Shown piece after piece: positions 1 to 10,800 of a stretch of DNA of 64,000 nt. The stretch lies in NCBI GenBank assembly GCA_039811685.1, contig JBDHZC010000003.1, positions 192,001 to 256,000 of the forward strand. The letters run 5' to 3'. Source of the DNA: Armatimonadota bacterium. GTDB lineage: Bacteria > Armatimonadota > UBA5829 > DSUL01. Positions within the stretch are counted from its first letter, which is position 1. Each line of letters opens with the position of its first letter. Under the pieces are notes generated by a model that worked only from the letters and a program-made list of their open reading frames with translations, ran no database searches and was not told where the DNA came from. The position numbers and the translations under genes are program-made.

Positions 1-343
1 CGGGATCACCAGCTCCCGCCAGTATCCTTTGTCGTATTCGATGAACAACACCATCAGCCGCGGTAAGCCGGATGGTATGGCTATCCGTCAGCCGTCGCAG
101 TTTATGCTGTTGATTCACGAAGCCCGGCAGATTCCGGGAGTGCACTCAGACCGTGAGCTTGCTGGTATTAACGATGGCGTTTTTGTCCCACAGCCGCTCT
201 ATGATCGGGATATTCCCTCGCGCGTACACTACGAAGGGACGACCCTGCTGTATCTTGACAGCCATGCGCGCTATGGCTCCTACAACGAATTGAAGAAGGA
301 AAAAGACTCGCGCATGTGGGCGCCAGATGACTACGTCTTCTAG
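1..343 (+). CDS. 3' end of a probable prepilin-type/DUF1559-like protein with an H-X9-DG-CTERM-like tail (5' end outside window)
   Basis: The translation has SYSMN...LLIHE...RVHYEGTTLLYLDSHAR, i.e. H-X9-D-S-H. This is the usual C-terminal pattern of DUF1559/H-X9-DG proteins with G replaced by S. Confidence 0.65.
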   Translation, partial: GITSSRQYPLSYSMNNTISRGKPDGMAIRQPSQFMLLIHEARQIPGVHSDRELAGINDGVFVPQPLYDRDIPSRVHYEGTTLLYLDSHARYGSYNELKKEKDSRMWAPDDYVF

Positions 344-499
344 GGAGCTCTGCTAGAAAGTCTTACGTCTCAGGCCGGAGATCATGGTACAATGACGTCG
401 TATCGCGACGTCGAGCAGTCAAGGGCCGGTCGCGCACTCTGTCTGGTCAGCCACGCCGTCAGAATTGTTCCGGCTGCCAGGTCGAGTCGGGAGGGTGTA

Positions 500-3490
500 T
501 TGCTTCGATTTAGAGTTTTTCCTGCGTTGTTCTGCGCGCTCACACCGCTGCTTGCTGCTGTTTCTCTCGGTGGACTTTCTGCAGCTCCTTCGATCCAGTT
601 TGGCGATCCTGAAACGGTCCAGGAAGTGGACCAGCTGCTCAATGGCGTCTCTATGGATTTCGATCCGTCCAACCGCGCCCACATCTCCTACGTCAACTAC
701 AGCGCTGGCAACATTGTCATGTACGCCTACTACAATGGCACGAAATGGATCACGCAGTCTCTCCCTCAGCTTCGTGTGCTGTCTTCGATTTCGCCAACCT
801 CCCTTCGTATTGATTCTGCCGGATACCCTCATATCGCGTGTAACGGAGTCAGCTATGATTATGCCTACAAGGATGCATCAGGCTGGCACTTCCAGGACGT
901 CGCGGGTCGCGTGGGTTCTCCATCACTTCGATTTGGCTCGGATGGCAAACTGCGTCTGGCTTACTACGACGCAGATATTCAAGCGTATCGGTTCGGAGTG
1001 CGCTCCGGTGGTGTCTGGACACTGGAGACTGTGGCTCCCACCATCTATCATTCTGGTAAGATTCCGTGGGAGTGGTGTTCGTTAGTGCTGGATTCTTCGG
1101 ACAAACCTCGCATTTCTTTCTGGGACCAGGATGCAGACACTCTTAAATACGCCTACAAGTCCGGAGCTTCCTGGATCCGTATCACGGTCGATGGCAATCC
1201 TGCTCAGGTTGGGTTTCCAAACAGTATTGAGTTAGACTCCAGCGGGAATCCTCACATCATTTACAGCGACTACACGAACCATCGTGTGCGCCATGCCTGG
1301 ATTGAAAGCGCGCTGTGGAAATGGGAAGATATCACTTCAGCAGGCGCGGCGGATGCGCTCAGTGTGGATATGAGCCCCAGTGGCGTTCTGGGAGTCGGAG
1401 CGGCTATTAACGGCCAGATATACTACTTCCGCAAGATAAATAACTCCTCATCCTGGGTGACATCCAGCACTCCTGGGGTTTTGCAGAGTATTGGGTTTGC
1501 GTTTAACAACTCCGGATCGCCTTTTTTCGCTATGAACTCTGCAGGGACGCTCAGGGCACAGTACTCGCTTTACTACACAGCTTTCGTCGCAGGAAGCTGG
1601 AATCGCACACTCATAGACGACGGCGGTTTCTTTGGGGAATTCGGGATATCTATATCCCGCGACGGACGCTGGATAGCTTACGGGAGCACGGGCACAGAAC
1701 AGTTGCGTGTCCGCGAAAATAGTGTGCTCGGCTATCGCCACGGGGTAATGGATGTAGGGCCAGGGTCAAACAGGAGCATGTCTGTTGACACCGCGCCGGA
1801 CGGCACTGTCTACGCAAGCTACAGAAATACTATTGACGGGTCCCTTCGAGTCGCTAAGGGACCGCAAGGACCGAACTTCTGGAACGACTGGGAGATCGTA
1901 GACAACACGGCTACCGTGGGTAACTCGTCTCTGACTGTGGGGAGTACAGGCGATATTTACGTCAGCTACGCTGACATCACTTCGGGTTCTGCTCTGCGCT
2001 TTGCGCGCAAATCGGGCGGAGCCTGGACGAAGGTGCTCGTTGACGGGGTGGGCCATAAGGGAGGCGATTCACGCATTGCTCTGAACACGGCCGGACAACC
2101 CCGAATTGCCTATACCGACGTGCTTGGCCATCAACTCTTGATCGCCTACAGCAACAATCAGGGTGCTAGCTGGACCACGCAGACCATAGACACGACCTCT
2201 GTCCAGTTTCAGTGGCCTTCGCTCGCCTACGATACCTCTAACCTGCCTCATGTCGCCTATCTGGACAGCGGCCCGGTAGATTTGAAGTACGCCAGGGGGC
2301 CAATCGAATCCTGGTCAACTCAAACGGTTGATGCTGCTGGAAGCACAGGGCTGTACCCGAGTCTTGCTCTCGATATTCAGAACCGTCCGATCATCTCTTA
2401 TTACGACAATACAGACAGGGTGCTCCGGTGCGCCTGGTATGACGGCTCTACCTGGCGGAAGCTTTCGCTCGATACCGCATTTTACACCGGGATGAACAGC
2501 AGCATTGCCGTCAACGGCAACCGGATTGATATCGCCTACAGCGATAGTAGCAACCGGTCCGTCAAGAAGATTACCGGATATTACGACTACACAGCACCGG
2601 CTACGCCTGTTGTTACGGACGCGGGGCAGTTCACAACAAATGCGTCGCAGCTGTGGGCATCGTGGACTGCCAGCGATCCGGACAGCGGAATTGACGGTTA
2701 TGAGTACGCTATTGGGACCTCTCCGACTGATCCAGGAAGCGGCTACACCGTTGGCTGGACCTCCAGATCGTCGGCGTCCGTTACCCATACTGGGTTGTCG
2801 TTGGTTAACGGGCAGACGTACTACTTCTACGTGAGAGCGAAGAATCGCGCGGGGGATTGGAGCGCGGTCGGAGTCTCAGACGGGATCAAGGTAGTTACCG
2901 GCGCGCTGCGCATCGCGGATGCCAAACAGCTTGCAGATGGCGTCTGGGTACAGCTTACTGGCAAAGTCGTCTCGCGCAACGCCAGCTTCTACTACACTTA
3001 TGTACAGGAGCCGGATCGTTCCAGCGGCATCACCATCTACAGCGAAGGCGGTGGTCTGTCCCTCGGTATTACGAAAGGCAAGATTGTCACCGTAACCGGC
3101 AGGATGGGGCATTTCCTTGGGCGCCGCTGCCTGTATGATCCGTCCGTCTCTATCACCGGAGCCACGGCGCCACCACAACCACTGTACGTTCGCGGCAGCC
3201 AACTCGGCGGCTCGCCATTCCTCTATTCAGCCGGACCGCCGGAAACCGGCGAGCGCGGATATCCTGGAAGCGTGGGACTCAACAACATCGGACTGTATCT
3301 GCGCATCAGCGGGCGTGTGACGGCTATCCCGAGCAGCATTTCCTTCAGGATAAACGACGGCTCACGCGTGGACGACATTAGTGTCGGCTACTCGGCTGGC
3401 CCGCTTCCTGTGGTCGGAGACTATGTTGAGGCCGTGGGCTACGCAGGTATCGGTGCGTTCTCAGCCGATAGCTGGGTCAAGAAAGACTGA
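500..3490 (+). CDS. Secreted beta-propeller repeat protein with an FN3-like domain and a C-terminal tandem OB-fold-like module
   Basis: TTG at 500 follows a GGAGG RBS, whereas the ORF-track ATG at 392 overlaps a TACAAT -10 box. Signal peptide ends ...SLGGLSA-A. There are many L-x-L-D-x-x-G-x-P-H/R-I-x-Y ... LKYA ... W-x-x-x-T-V-D repeats, an FN3-like segment (TAPATPVVTD...SDPDSGIDGYEYAIGT) and a C-terminal module from about 2900. Confidence 0.75.
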   Translation: MLRFRVFPALFCALTPLLAAVSLGGLSAAPSIQFGDPETVQEVDQLLNGVSMDFDPSNRAHISYVNYSAGNIVMYAYYNGTKWITQSLPQLRVLSSISPTSLRIDSAGYPHIACNGVSYDYAYKDASGWHFQDVAGRVGSPSLRFGSDGKLRLAYYDADIQAYRFGVRSGGVWTLETVAPTIYHSGKIPWEWCSLVLDSSDKPRISFWDQDADTLKYAYKSGASWIRITVDGNPAQVGFPNSIELDSSGNPHIIYSDYTNHRVRHAWIESALWKWEDITSAGAADALSVDMSPSGVLGVGAAINGQIYYFRKINNSSSWVTSSTPGVLQSIGFAFNNSGSPFFAMNSAGTLRAQYSLYYTAFVAGSWNRTLIDDGGFFGEFGISISRDGRWIAYGSTGTEQLRVRENSVLGYRHGVMDVGPGSNRSMSVDTAPDGTVYASYRNTIDGSLRVAKGPQGPNFWNDWEIVDNTATVGNSSLTVGSTGDIYVSYADITSGSALRFARKSGGAWTKVLVDGVGHKGGDSRIALNTAGQPRIAYTDVLGHQLLIAYSNNQGASWTTQTIDTTSVQFQWPSLAYDTSNLPHVAYLDSGPVDLKYARGPIESWSTQTVDAAGSTGLYPSLALDIQNRPIISYYDNTDRVLRCAWYDGSTWRKLSLDTAFYTGMNSSIAVNGNRIDIAYSDSSNRSVKKITGYYDYTAPATPVVTDAGQFTTNASQLWASWTASDPDSGIDGYEYAIGTSPTDPGSGYTVGWTSRSSASVTHTGLSLVNGQTYYFYVRAKNRAGDWSAVGVSDGIKVVTGALRIADAKQLADGVWVQLTGKVVSRNASFYYTYVQEPDRSSGITIYSEGGGLSLGITKGKIVTVTGRMGHFLGRRCLYDPSVSITGATAPPQPLYVRGSQLGGSPFLYSAGPPETGERGYPGSVGLNNIGLYLRISGRVTAIPSSISFRINDGSRVDDISVGYSAGPLPVVGDYVEAVGYAGIGAFSADSWVKKD

Positions 3491-3510
3491 CTTGGCCCAA
3501 TTCCGCCGTT

Positions 3511-3558
3511 GCGGCCTGCCTCTGGGCGAGAGTTTCTCTCAGGGGCAGGCCGTATTTT
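3511..3558 (+). terminator. Intrinsic terminator hairpin between convergent genes
   Basis: GCGGCCTGCC-TCTG pairs with CAGG-GGCAGGCCGT, followed by ATTTT. Confidence 0.6.
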
Positions 3559-5210
3559 CAATGAAGCTGGAACCGTGTCGCTGACCACAGTTCCAAGCAG
3601 CTTTCCACTTCCATCACGAGAACCCAGTCCTGGAAAATTGGCATTACGTGCCATCCCGCTGCACCCAGCGGCATTTTCCATACGCCGTTGTCATCTGGGG
3701 TAATCTCGCCCAGGTCAATCTCTTCTGCGTTGATTGGGCTGAAGAGGTAAGCTCGGTACTGCACGCCAGGCTCAATTCCCTGAATGGTGTCCGCCGCGAA
3801 AGCTGAAGGCCAGTAGACAATTCGCAGTTTGCCAGGGATTCCCGCCGCGTAAGCGCCCATGGGGCTTTCATCAGTGTATCGCCCCTTGACCCATTCCGGG
3901 TGAGGCTCCATCTTCCACCATTCAAAGCGCTCCAGCAGCCGCTTCCCGAGCCCGATCTGCCGCGATCCGGGAAGCTGAGCCGCGTCCTGCCAGGAAGGAC
4001 CACCCCACGCCAGTCCATGGGGAGAAGGGCCATAAGGCTGCTCGGGTGTGTTGACCTGCCAGATGCCGTTTGCGCCGTAGGTATGCCCGGCGGCTCCGCT
4101 CAGCATGCTCGTCCAGAACAGCATACGCTGCACTTCCTGCCGGCAGGATTCGCCAATTCCCTCATAGCAGACTTCGCCCACCAGCGTAGGCATTTGTGGC
4201 TCTGCGGCGCGAGATCTGCTCACTGCTGCGACTGTATGGGGAAGGCTCACGCGGTCGCCGTGGCCGGTCTGCAGCATATCGAAGTCAAGAACCGAATCGT
4301 CCACCACTTCAAGCCTGCCGTCCTGGCGTGGATGGGCGGTAAGCGGACGATGAAACGGATCTACCTCCCGCACGTAGCGGGCGACCTCCGTCCACGCCTC
4401 ACGCAACTTTTCTGTATCCGCCTCTTTCGTCTCGGACAGGTAGAACGGCATTCCCGTCTCTCCCGCCAGAATCCACACCACAGGGTAAGCGCCGTACCGG
4501 GCAATCAAGTTGCGCCAGTGACGCTTCACCTTGTCTATGCCCATCTCCAGCAGGTGATAGCCCCAGCAGGCGACAATCGCGGGCACAAGACCACTCTCCA
4601 CCAGATACGCGATCCTGCGGTCAGCGAAGTTGTAATACTCCGGGTTGATCTCCCCGAAATCCGCCGTCCATGCGAATCCGGCTTCGTTGGCGGCGCGCGC
4701 ATCGAACGCTGTCATATCGGGGTAGGGGCCGGCGACAATCTGTATGAGGTTGTAACCCTTCTCCGCTCGGTCCATCGCCAGCGTCTGAAAGCCGCGCGGC
4801 CAGTCCATCCGCTTACTCAGCCCCATCCACCACGTATCGCCCAGCCACAGAAATGGAGATCCGTCCTCGTGCTCAAAATGGCGCCGGTCAGCAGCCACCC
4901 GCAGCGGGCCTTTCCTTAGAAGTGGGTTGTCTCCAGCGTAATCAACAGCGACAAACTCGGACTCAAAGCCGTGCAGCCCGCTCTCTGTGGAATCGCTGCA
5001 GACAGTGCGAACAGAGTGCTTCCCGGACCTTTGCGGGGCGAACCGCACGCGCCAGACCTCACCGCCAGCCCAGAACCCCGGAACCACCCACTCCGTTCCG
5101 TCCTCGTGACGCGCCACCATCGAAAACTCCGTGTCCACCGGTCTCCGCGGCGCCGATGAGACGAAGCCCCACTCATAAACTCTGCGAACTTCTAATGCCT
5201 GCATGTCCAC
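3558..5210 (-). CDS. DUF5060/DUF4038 apiosidase-like glycoside hydrolase (GH140-like)
   Basis: Motifs VPGFW...WRVRFAP (DUF5060), DGSPFLWLGDTWW, LIARYGAYPVVWILAGE, DFDMLQTGH, GEVCYEG, GHTYGANGIW. Confidence 0.8.
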   Translation of the reverse strand: MDMQALEVRRVYEWGFVSSAPRRPVDTEFSMVARHEDGTEWVVPGFWAGGEVWRVRFAPQRSGKHSVRTVCSDSTESGLHGFESEFVAVDYAGDNPLLRKGPLRVAADRRHFEHEDGSPFLWLGDTWWMGLSKRMDWPRGFQTLAMDRAEKGYNLIQIVAGPYPDMTAFDARAANEAGFAWTADFGEINPEYYNFADRRIAYLVESGLVPAIVACWGYHLLEMGIDKVKRHWRNLIARYGAYPVVWILAGETGMPFYLSETKEADTEKLREAWTEVARYVREVDPFHRPLTAHPRQDGRLEVVDDSVLDFDMLQTGHGDRVSLPHTVAAVSRSRAAEPQMPTLVGEVCYEGIGESCRQEVQRMLFWTSMLSGAAGHTYGANGIWQVNTPEQPYGPSPHGLAWGGPSWQDAAQLPGSRQIGLGKRLLERFEWWKMEPHPEWVKGRYTDESPMGAYAAGIPGKLRIVYWPSAFAADTIQGIEPGVQYRAYLFSPINAEEIDLGEITPDDNGVWKMPLGAAGWHVMPIFQDWVLVMEVESCLELWSATRFQLH

Positions 5211-5257
5211 AGGTCTTCAAGAAGTGCCTGCGCTATTCCTTTGTACCTTTTACGCCT

Positions 5258-7723
5258 TTACCACGCCTGGATGTCGGTCTGAGTGCGCACAAGGATCAGC
5301 GGGCGCAGCTCTTCGCCGACCTGGTCCACCGCGCATACCCCGGTGATAATGGCGTAGCTCCACGCGCCGCTTGCGGTTATGCGGGGGCTGTACACGCATT
5401 TGGCCGTAGATCCGTCCGGGTCTTCCAGAACGATTGTCCGGCTAGCCGTATCCACAGATTGCACCCGTCCAAAGGTCTTCACCAGCATTCCAACCTGACT
5501 CGGGCCTCCCGCCGATCCCGGTTTCACCGATACCGGACCCTGCAGACCAGAGGCGCCACCTCCAAGATGGGAGAGGGGTACGAACAGCGGTCGAACGGTC
5601 ACATTACCGACTGATTCTGGTTGCAGCGCTGTCATCAGCGCTTCGCCATTCTTCACCGAAATTGTTCCAGTAACAGAGTAGCGTCTGTTGCCAAAGGACA
5701 GACCTTGGCACCGGATACCGCTTGATCCCATAGGGTCCTGGAGTGCGCCCGAGACGCCGATGTCAGCCACACCTGCGCCTGAAACCACGTCCGTAAGGAC
5801 AAATGGCGTACCCGCCGGGAGTTGTCTCGCTGCGCCCGGAGTGGTAACTACTGGCAGCACAGAATATTCTCTGAGACGGGCTCCGTACAAGGTGTAAAGC
5901 GTTCCCGCCGGATCGGCATCGGCGCTTAGCGCGTCGAGATACGCTGCCGTCTCATAGTGTTGATCCAGACGCATCTGGACGATCCCGCCTGTGCTGCTGT
6001 CAATAAATAGCCGCCCCTCAGTCAGCGCGAGCGCCCCCGGATTCACCTGACCCAGGAAGATGTTTGGATCGGTGAGATTGAAGCTTGCCAGCAGCGCCCC
6101 TGTCGGCGCATACTTGCGAACGACCCTGTCTTGATAGCGGGACTCGTAGAGATTGCCGTCGCTATCAACTTTGATGCCGCCAACCGTGTGCACAGCAGGG
6201 AACACATAACCCGGCCCGCCAAACGTCCGCAGATACTGTCCATCGGAGGAGTACTGGTAGATCGCGTTATCCAGATAGCGCGCAACAAAGACATCCCCGT
6301 CGCTGTTAGTTGTCAGCGCATGGGCGATCCAAGGAAGCATCCATACAGGGTTCCCGCCCGCAGAGAACTTGCACACACTGTCTGCCGTTGCAACGTAGAA
6401 GCTACCATCTGGACCGACGCTGACTGCTCGCACTCCCGGAGCTAACGATTTCTGCGGTGGAGTAGCAATCGCCTGGATGAACCGGCCATCCGGGTGGAAT
6501 ATCTTGCAGGTGTCGTCTTCTGTGTCAACGATGAACAGCCGCCCATCTGGAGCGCGGGCGACGTCTGCCGGAGAGTAGAGATTGTGCAAGGGTCGTGGAA
6601 ACGAAATCTGATACCAGGCCGATCCTGGAGATGTAAAGCCCGCAAGCCACGTTTTATCAAACAGGTCCAAACCCCAGACTATGCCGGTTGGGTCCGGATA
6701 CAGCGCTGTGAAACGGTACGCTGGCTGAAGAGTCTCCTGTCCGAGGAGTGCCCCGGAGGTGTCCAGTTTTGTAATGGACGTCGCGCCGAGAACGACTATG
6801 CCGCCGTCACCGGTCTGGCAGACATCCAGTGGAGTGTTGATGTAGCTGCCTTGCCAGAGAGCTAGCTGGGTCCCTGAAGACGTGTGTTTAGTGATCGTGT
6901 GCTGCGACGTGTGGACCGCGTAGACAAAACCCTCAGCGTCTACGCCACAGGAGTTGCCGGAAGTCACGTTCAGAAACTGTGTATTCGGCAGGTCCGGATT
7001 CTGCAACCTGCGGATAGTTACCGTGTCGCAGGCGTAGATGGAGCCATCCGGACCGAAAACCATTTTCGATCCGCCGGCCGGACGTGTGGAGACTACGTCA
7101 CCACTTTGTGTGAACTCGACCAGTGTCCCCGAAAAGTTCGCGTACAAGTGGCCTCGGCCATCCACGAGCAACCCGCTCGGTTGGGCGGGCGCCGGGGGAG
7201 AACCAGTGACGTATCGCCAGGACATCACCGGCTGCATATCTTCGTCGAACTTGACGACGCGATTGTTTTTGCTGTCGCTGATGTAAAGGACATTGTTCGC
7301 GTCGAATGCAACGCCCGCTATTGCGCCGACGTGTTCAGGAGATCCCGTTCCCCAGCTACTGCCGCTCTTCAGCCCGCCAGTGATAGCCGGCGCGACTACC
7401 GAAACTGTCGCCCATGCCTCTAATCCATCGTGCGCAGTCGCATGAACGCCGAAAAAGCTATAAGCCGGGCTGGCTATTGCGGTCAGTATCCCGTCGGGCG
7501 CTATCGTGCCGATAGAAGGGTCACACTCCCAGATCACGCTCTCTTCTTCGACGGCGACTCCACCGTCGTCGCTGTACCGGACAACGGCAAAGGCCTGCGT
7601 CGCGCCTGTGGGGACCGCCGGGCCTCCCGGCGAGATGTAGATACGGTCAGCGCGTATCTGACAGGGAATCGCTCCTATCAGAAGATACAGAACAATCAGC
7701 GGCTTCCAATTTGAATACAGCAC
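5258..7723 (-). CDS. Secreted NHL-repeat beta-propeller protein with an N-terminal Ig-like segment and a C-terminal tandem OB-fold-like module
   Basis: Probable GTG start at 7723 follows a GAGGT RBS. Signal peptide ends ...PCQIRA-D. NHL repeats include GVAFDANNVLYISDSKNNRVVKFD, PADVARAPDGRLFIVDTEDD and GIKVDSDGNLY. The ORF-track extension to 8329 overlaps the divergent gene and is not used. Confidence 0.75.
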   Translation of the reverse strand: MLYSNWKPLIVLYLLIGAIPCQIRADRIYISPGGPAVPTGATQAFAVVRYSDDGGVAVEEESVIWECDPSIGTIAPDGILTAIASPAYSFFGVHATAHDGLEAWATVSVVAPAITGGLKSGSSWGTGSPEHVGAIAGVAFDANNVLYISDSKNNRVVKFDEDMQPVMSWRYVTGSPPAPAQPSGLLVDGRGHLYANFSGTLVEFTQSGDVVSTRPAGGSKMVFGPDGSIYACDTVTIRRLQNPDLPNTQFLNVTSGNSCGVDAEGFVYAVHTSQHTITKHTSSGTQLALWQGSYINTPLDVCQTGDGGIVVLGATSITKLDTSGALLGQETLQPAYRFTALYPDPTGIVWGLDLFDKTWLAGFTSPGSAWYQISFPRPLHNLYSPADVARAPDGRLFIVDTEDDTCKIFHPDGRFIQAIATPPQKSLAPGVRAVSVGPDGSFYVATADSVCKFSAGGNPVWMLPWIAHALTTNSDGDVFVARYLDNAIYQYSSDGQYLRTFGGPGYVFPAVHTVGGIKVDSDGNLYESRYQDRVVRKYAPTGALLASFNLTDPNIFLGQVNPGALALTEGRLFIDSSTGGIVQMRLDQHYETAAYLDALSADADPAGTLYTLYGARLREYSVLPVVTTPGAARQLPAGTPFVLTDVVSGAGVADIGVSGALQDPMGSSGIRCQGLSFGNRRYSVTGTISVKNGEALMTALQPESVGNVTVRPLFVPLSHLGGGASGLQGPVSVKPGSAGGPSQVGMLVKTFGRVQSVDTASRTIVLEDPDGSTAKCVYSPRITASGAWSYAIITGVCAVDQVGEELRPLILVRTQTDIQAW

Positions 7724-7765
7724 TGTTCGATACCTCGACTGAACATGATCTGAGTTGTAACAGTT

Positions 7766-7794
7766 ATGGTAACTCTGCGGCGGCAGCCGGTCAA
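7766..7794 (-). promoter_or_regulatory. sigma70-type promoter for the NHL gene
   Basis: Minus strand TTGACC-17 nt-TACCAT. Confidence 0.55.
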
Positions 7795-7816
7795 GTAGAG
7801 CTTCAGCATTGCGAAA

Positions 7817-7846
7817 TTGATTCTCCCCATCTCTCCGCTGTATAAT
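7817..7846 (+). promoter_or_regulatory. sigma70-type promoter for the heparinase-like gene (probably leaderless)
   Basis: TTGATT-18 nt-TATAAT. An in-frame ATG at 7853 lies 7 nt after the -10 box. Confidence 0.6.
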
Positions 7847-7852
7847 CGCGTT

Positions 7853-10800
7853 ATGCACTCTCTTCTCCCTGGACTGCGCCGTCCAGCGACTGTGTGGCGC
7901 GCAACAATGGTGATTGCTCTCTTGGCAACTTGTGTTCCGGTATCCAGTGCTCGAGACTGTGGGGGCATTTATACGGCTCAGCGCATTGCCAACACCAGGC
8001 GCAACTGTTCCCGTTACGGCTGGGCCAGAGATCTGAAGGCTAAGGCACTCGAAGCCGCCCGCCCGTGGAAGGACATGTCTGATGAGGCGCTCTGGCGTAT
8101 GGTTCCAGGGCAGGACTTGCCGCGCTGCATTGACGTCTCCTGGGATTACAATCTGGAACCGCATCGGGTTGGCTGCCTCAACTGCGGGAGTAAGATTGAC
8201 GGCTTTGGCAACTATCCCTATCGCCCCGACATTCCGGCAAGAACCTGGAAGCTGACCTGCCCCTCCTGCGGCGCCGTCTTCCCAACCAACGACTTTGGCA
8301 AATACTACCAGAGCGCCATCGACGAGCATGGGCTCTTCAATCCGGCTAAAGGTGACCGGTCACTTCTGTTCAACACCGACCACCCGGATCCTTCAGATCC
8401 GCTGCACACCTATGGCGTTGATGACGGCTTCGGCTACAAAGCTGCGGACGGACGCACATACAAGTTTGTTGGCTACTATACGTGGAAACTCTGGCGGGAA
8501 TTGCTGGGTGGATTACAGCGCCTGTCAGAAGCCTATCTCTACACCGGCGACAAGACCTATGCGCGCAAGGCTGCCATCATACTGGATCGCATAGCCGACG
8601 TCTATCCCTCTATGGACTGGAAGACTTATGCGGATATGGGATGGTACCACTCAGATGGGTCTTCTCACAAAGGCAAAATTGAGGGCTGTATCTGGGAAAC
8701 CGGAGTTGTGCGGTGGATGGCCGACAGCTATGACATGATCCTGAGTGGGACGGTGGACAATCCCGAACTCTACGCCTTTTTGTCAGATCGCGCGAAGGCG
8801 TACGCGTTGCCTCGCCCCAAGGGAACACGCGATCTCTTTGTCGCGAATGTGGATGACAACATTCTGCGCTGCGCCGCGCAGGCGATCAAAGACGGCCGCA
8901 TCCGTGGTAACGAAGGGATGCACCAGAGCGCCATGGCCGCGCTGGCGACTGCGCTCAACACAGATCCTGAGACGTCGCAGTGGCTGGACTATATATTCGC
9001 GCCGGAAGGAGGAGCCATTCCCGGTGTGATCGTCGGCAAGATAGACCGGGACGGCTTTGGGGGCGAAGGAGCGCCCGGCTACTCCCTGCTCTGGAACAGC
9101 GTCATTGCCGATCTGGCCGAGCGCCTGGCCACGTTCCCTGCCTATAACCGTCACAGCATTTTCCGGGATTTCCCGCAATTCCGCCGCTCTTACACCTCAG
9201 CCTGGCGCGCCTGCGTCCTGGGCTTGTCCACTCCTTCTATTGGAGATTCAGGCGCAACGGGCTTGCTGGCTGCTATCAACGTTGATCCGGAACGGATGGC
9301 GAGAGGTTTTTACTACCTGCGCGATGCCGAGATTGCTCGCGCTACCTGGGAGGCCAACGGCAAAAGTGCCAAAGGGTTGCACGGTACAGTTTTCGATCCG
9401 GACCCGGAGAAGCTTGCAGAAGACATCGAGAAAGCCGCGAAAAGCCAGACTCAACAGAGCGTTTCCAGCCGGAACCTCGCCGGCTTCGGGTTGGCAGATT
9501 TGGAGAGTGGCGGTGCAAAGGACGGGACGGCCCTCTGGCTTTACTACGGCCGCATGGACCACCACGGACACGCCGATCGTCTCAACATAGGCATGTATGC
9601 CTTTGGGGTGGACCTTGCTCCGGACCTTGGCTACCCGGAGTTTGCCGCAGACTGGCCGCACCGCTACGCCTGGACTAACAATACGCTATCTCACAACACG
9701 GTGATCGTTGACGGGGCACCACAGGAGCGCAATCTCTCCGGGCGTCCGCTCTGGTTCCGCCAGTTCGATGGAATCGGAGCGGCTCAGATTGAAAGCCCAG
9801 GTGTCTATCCGGGGACATCTCTGTATGGGCGCACGATTGCCCTGGTCCAGTCACCCGGCGGCGCTTATGGCGTGGACATTTTCCGCGTCGCTGGAGGAAA
9901 AGAACACGTCTTCAGCTTTCACGGCCCGCCCGGGCCCCTCGCCGCGGATGGTCTCAGCCTCACCGCTCAGCCAAGAGGCACTTATGCCGGCCCGAACATT
10001 GCTTTCGCGAGCTTGGACGCCGCGGTCCCATTGGGATTTTCCTTTCTCTACAACGTATCTCGGGACACTCGCCCATCGTCCTCCTTTGCGCTGGACTGGA
10101 AAGCGGAAGCGGGCTATCGTTCAGTGATTGACAAAGACGACATCCATCTGCGTCTGCACTCGTTGACTTCACTCAGCGAGGTAGCGCTTGCAGACGGCGA
10201 CCCGCCACAGAACAAGCCCGGCAACCCTCGCCGCATCCGCTATGCCCTGTTGAAGCGTTCCGGACAAAACCTTGCGAGCGCTTTTGTCAGTATCCTCGAA
10301 CCTTACAAACAGAAGCCCTTCATTGACAGGGCTTCCAGTCTACTTGTTTCCGGCTCAGACAGCTCCCGCGCCGTGCGTGTGGCGCTAAAAGACGGCTCCG
10401 TTGACTGTATTCTAAGCTCAGTGGACGGCCAGAGGATCGAGGCTGGCGGCATTACCACTGATGCCTCGCTAGCCTTCCTTCGCTTTTCGAACGGCCGGAT
10501 CAAACAGGCTGCGCTGTTCGGAGGCACGAGCCTGCAGTACGGGGACTTTACACTCAACGCGCAGGCCCCGATCCGCGGTAAAGTCGTAAAATGGGACGAA
10601 GGTCTGAACGGCAAAGGCCGGATCTGGGTCCAGGCGGACATCGCAGACGCCGGAGCGCTGACAGGTGAGCAGATTGTCATTGAGAATGACGGAGCGCTGA
10701 ACGCCTGCTATGACATTCGCAGCGTAATCCGAGATGGAAAGCTCTGGTGCGTTGACTGCGGAGATGTTTCTTTTGTTCGCGGATATCTTGATGCGTCCAA

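Noticed and set aside
7724..8329. N-terminal ~200 aa of the 1023-aa ORF-track entry (apparent long antisense overlap)
   Set aside because: It is antisense to the heparinase-like gene and its promoter. A GTG with RBS and signal peptide at 7723 explains the gene.
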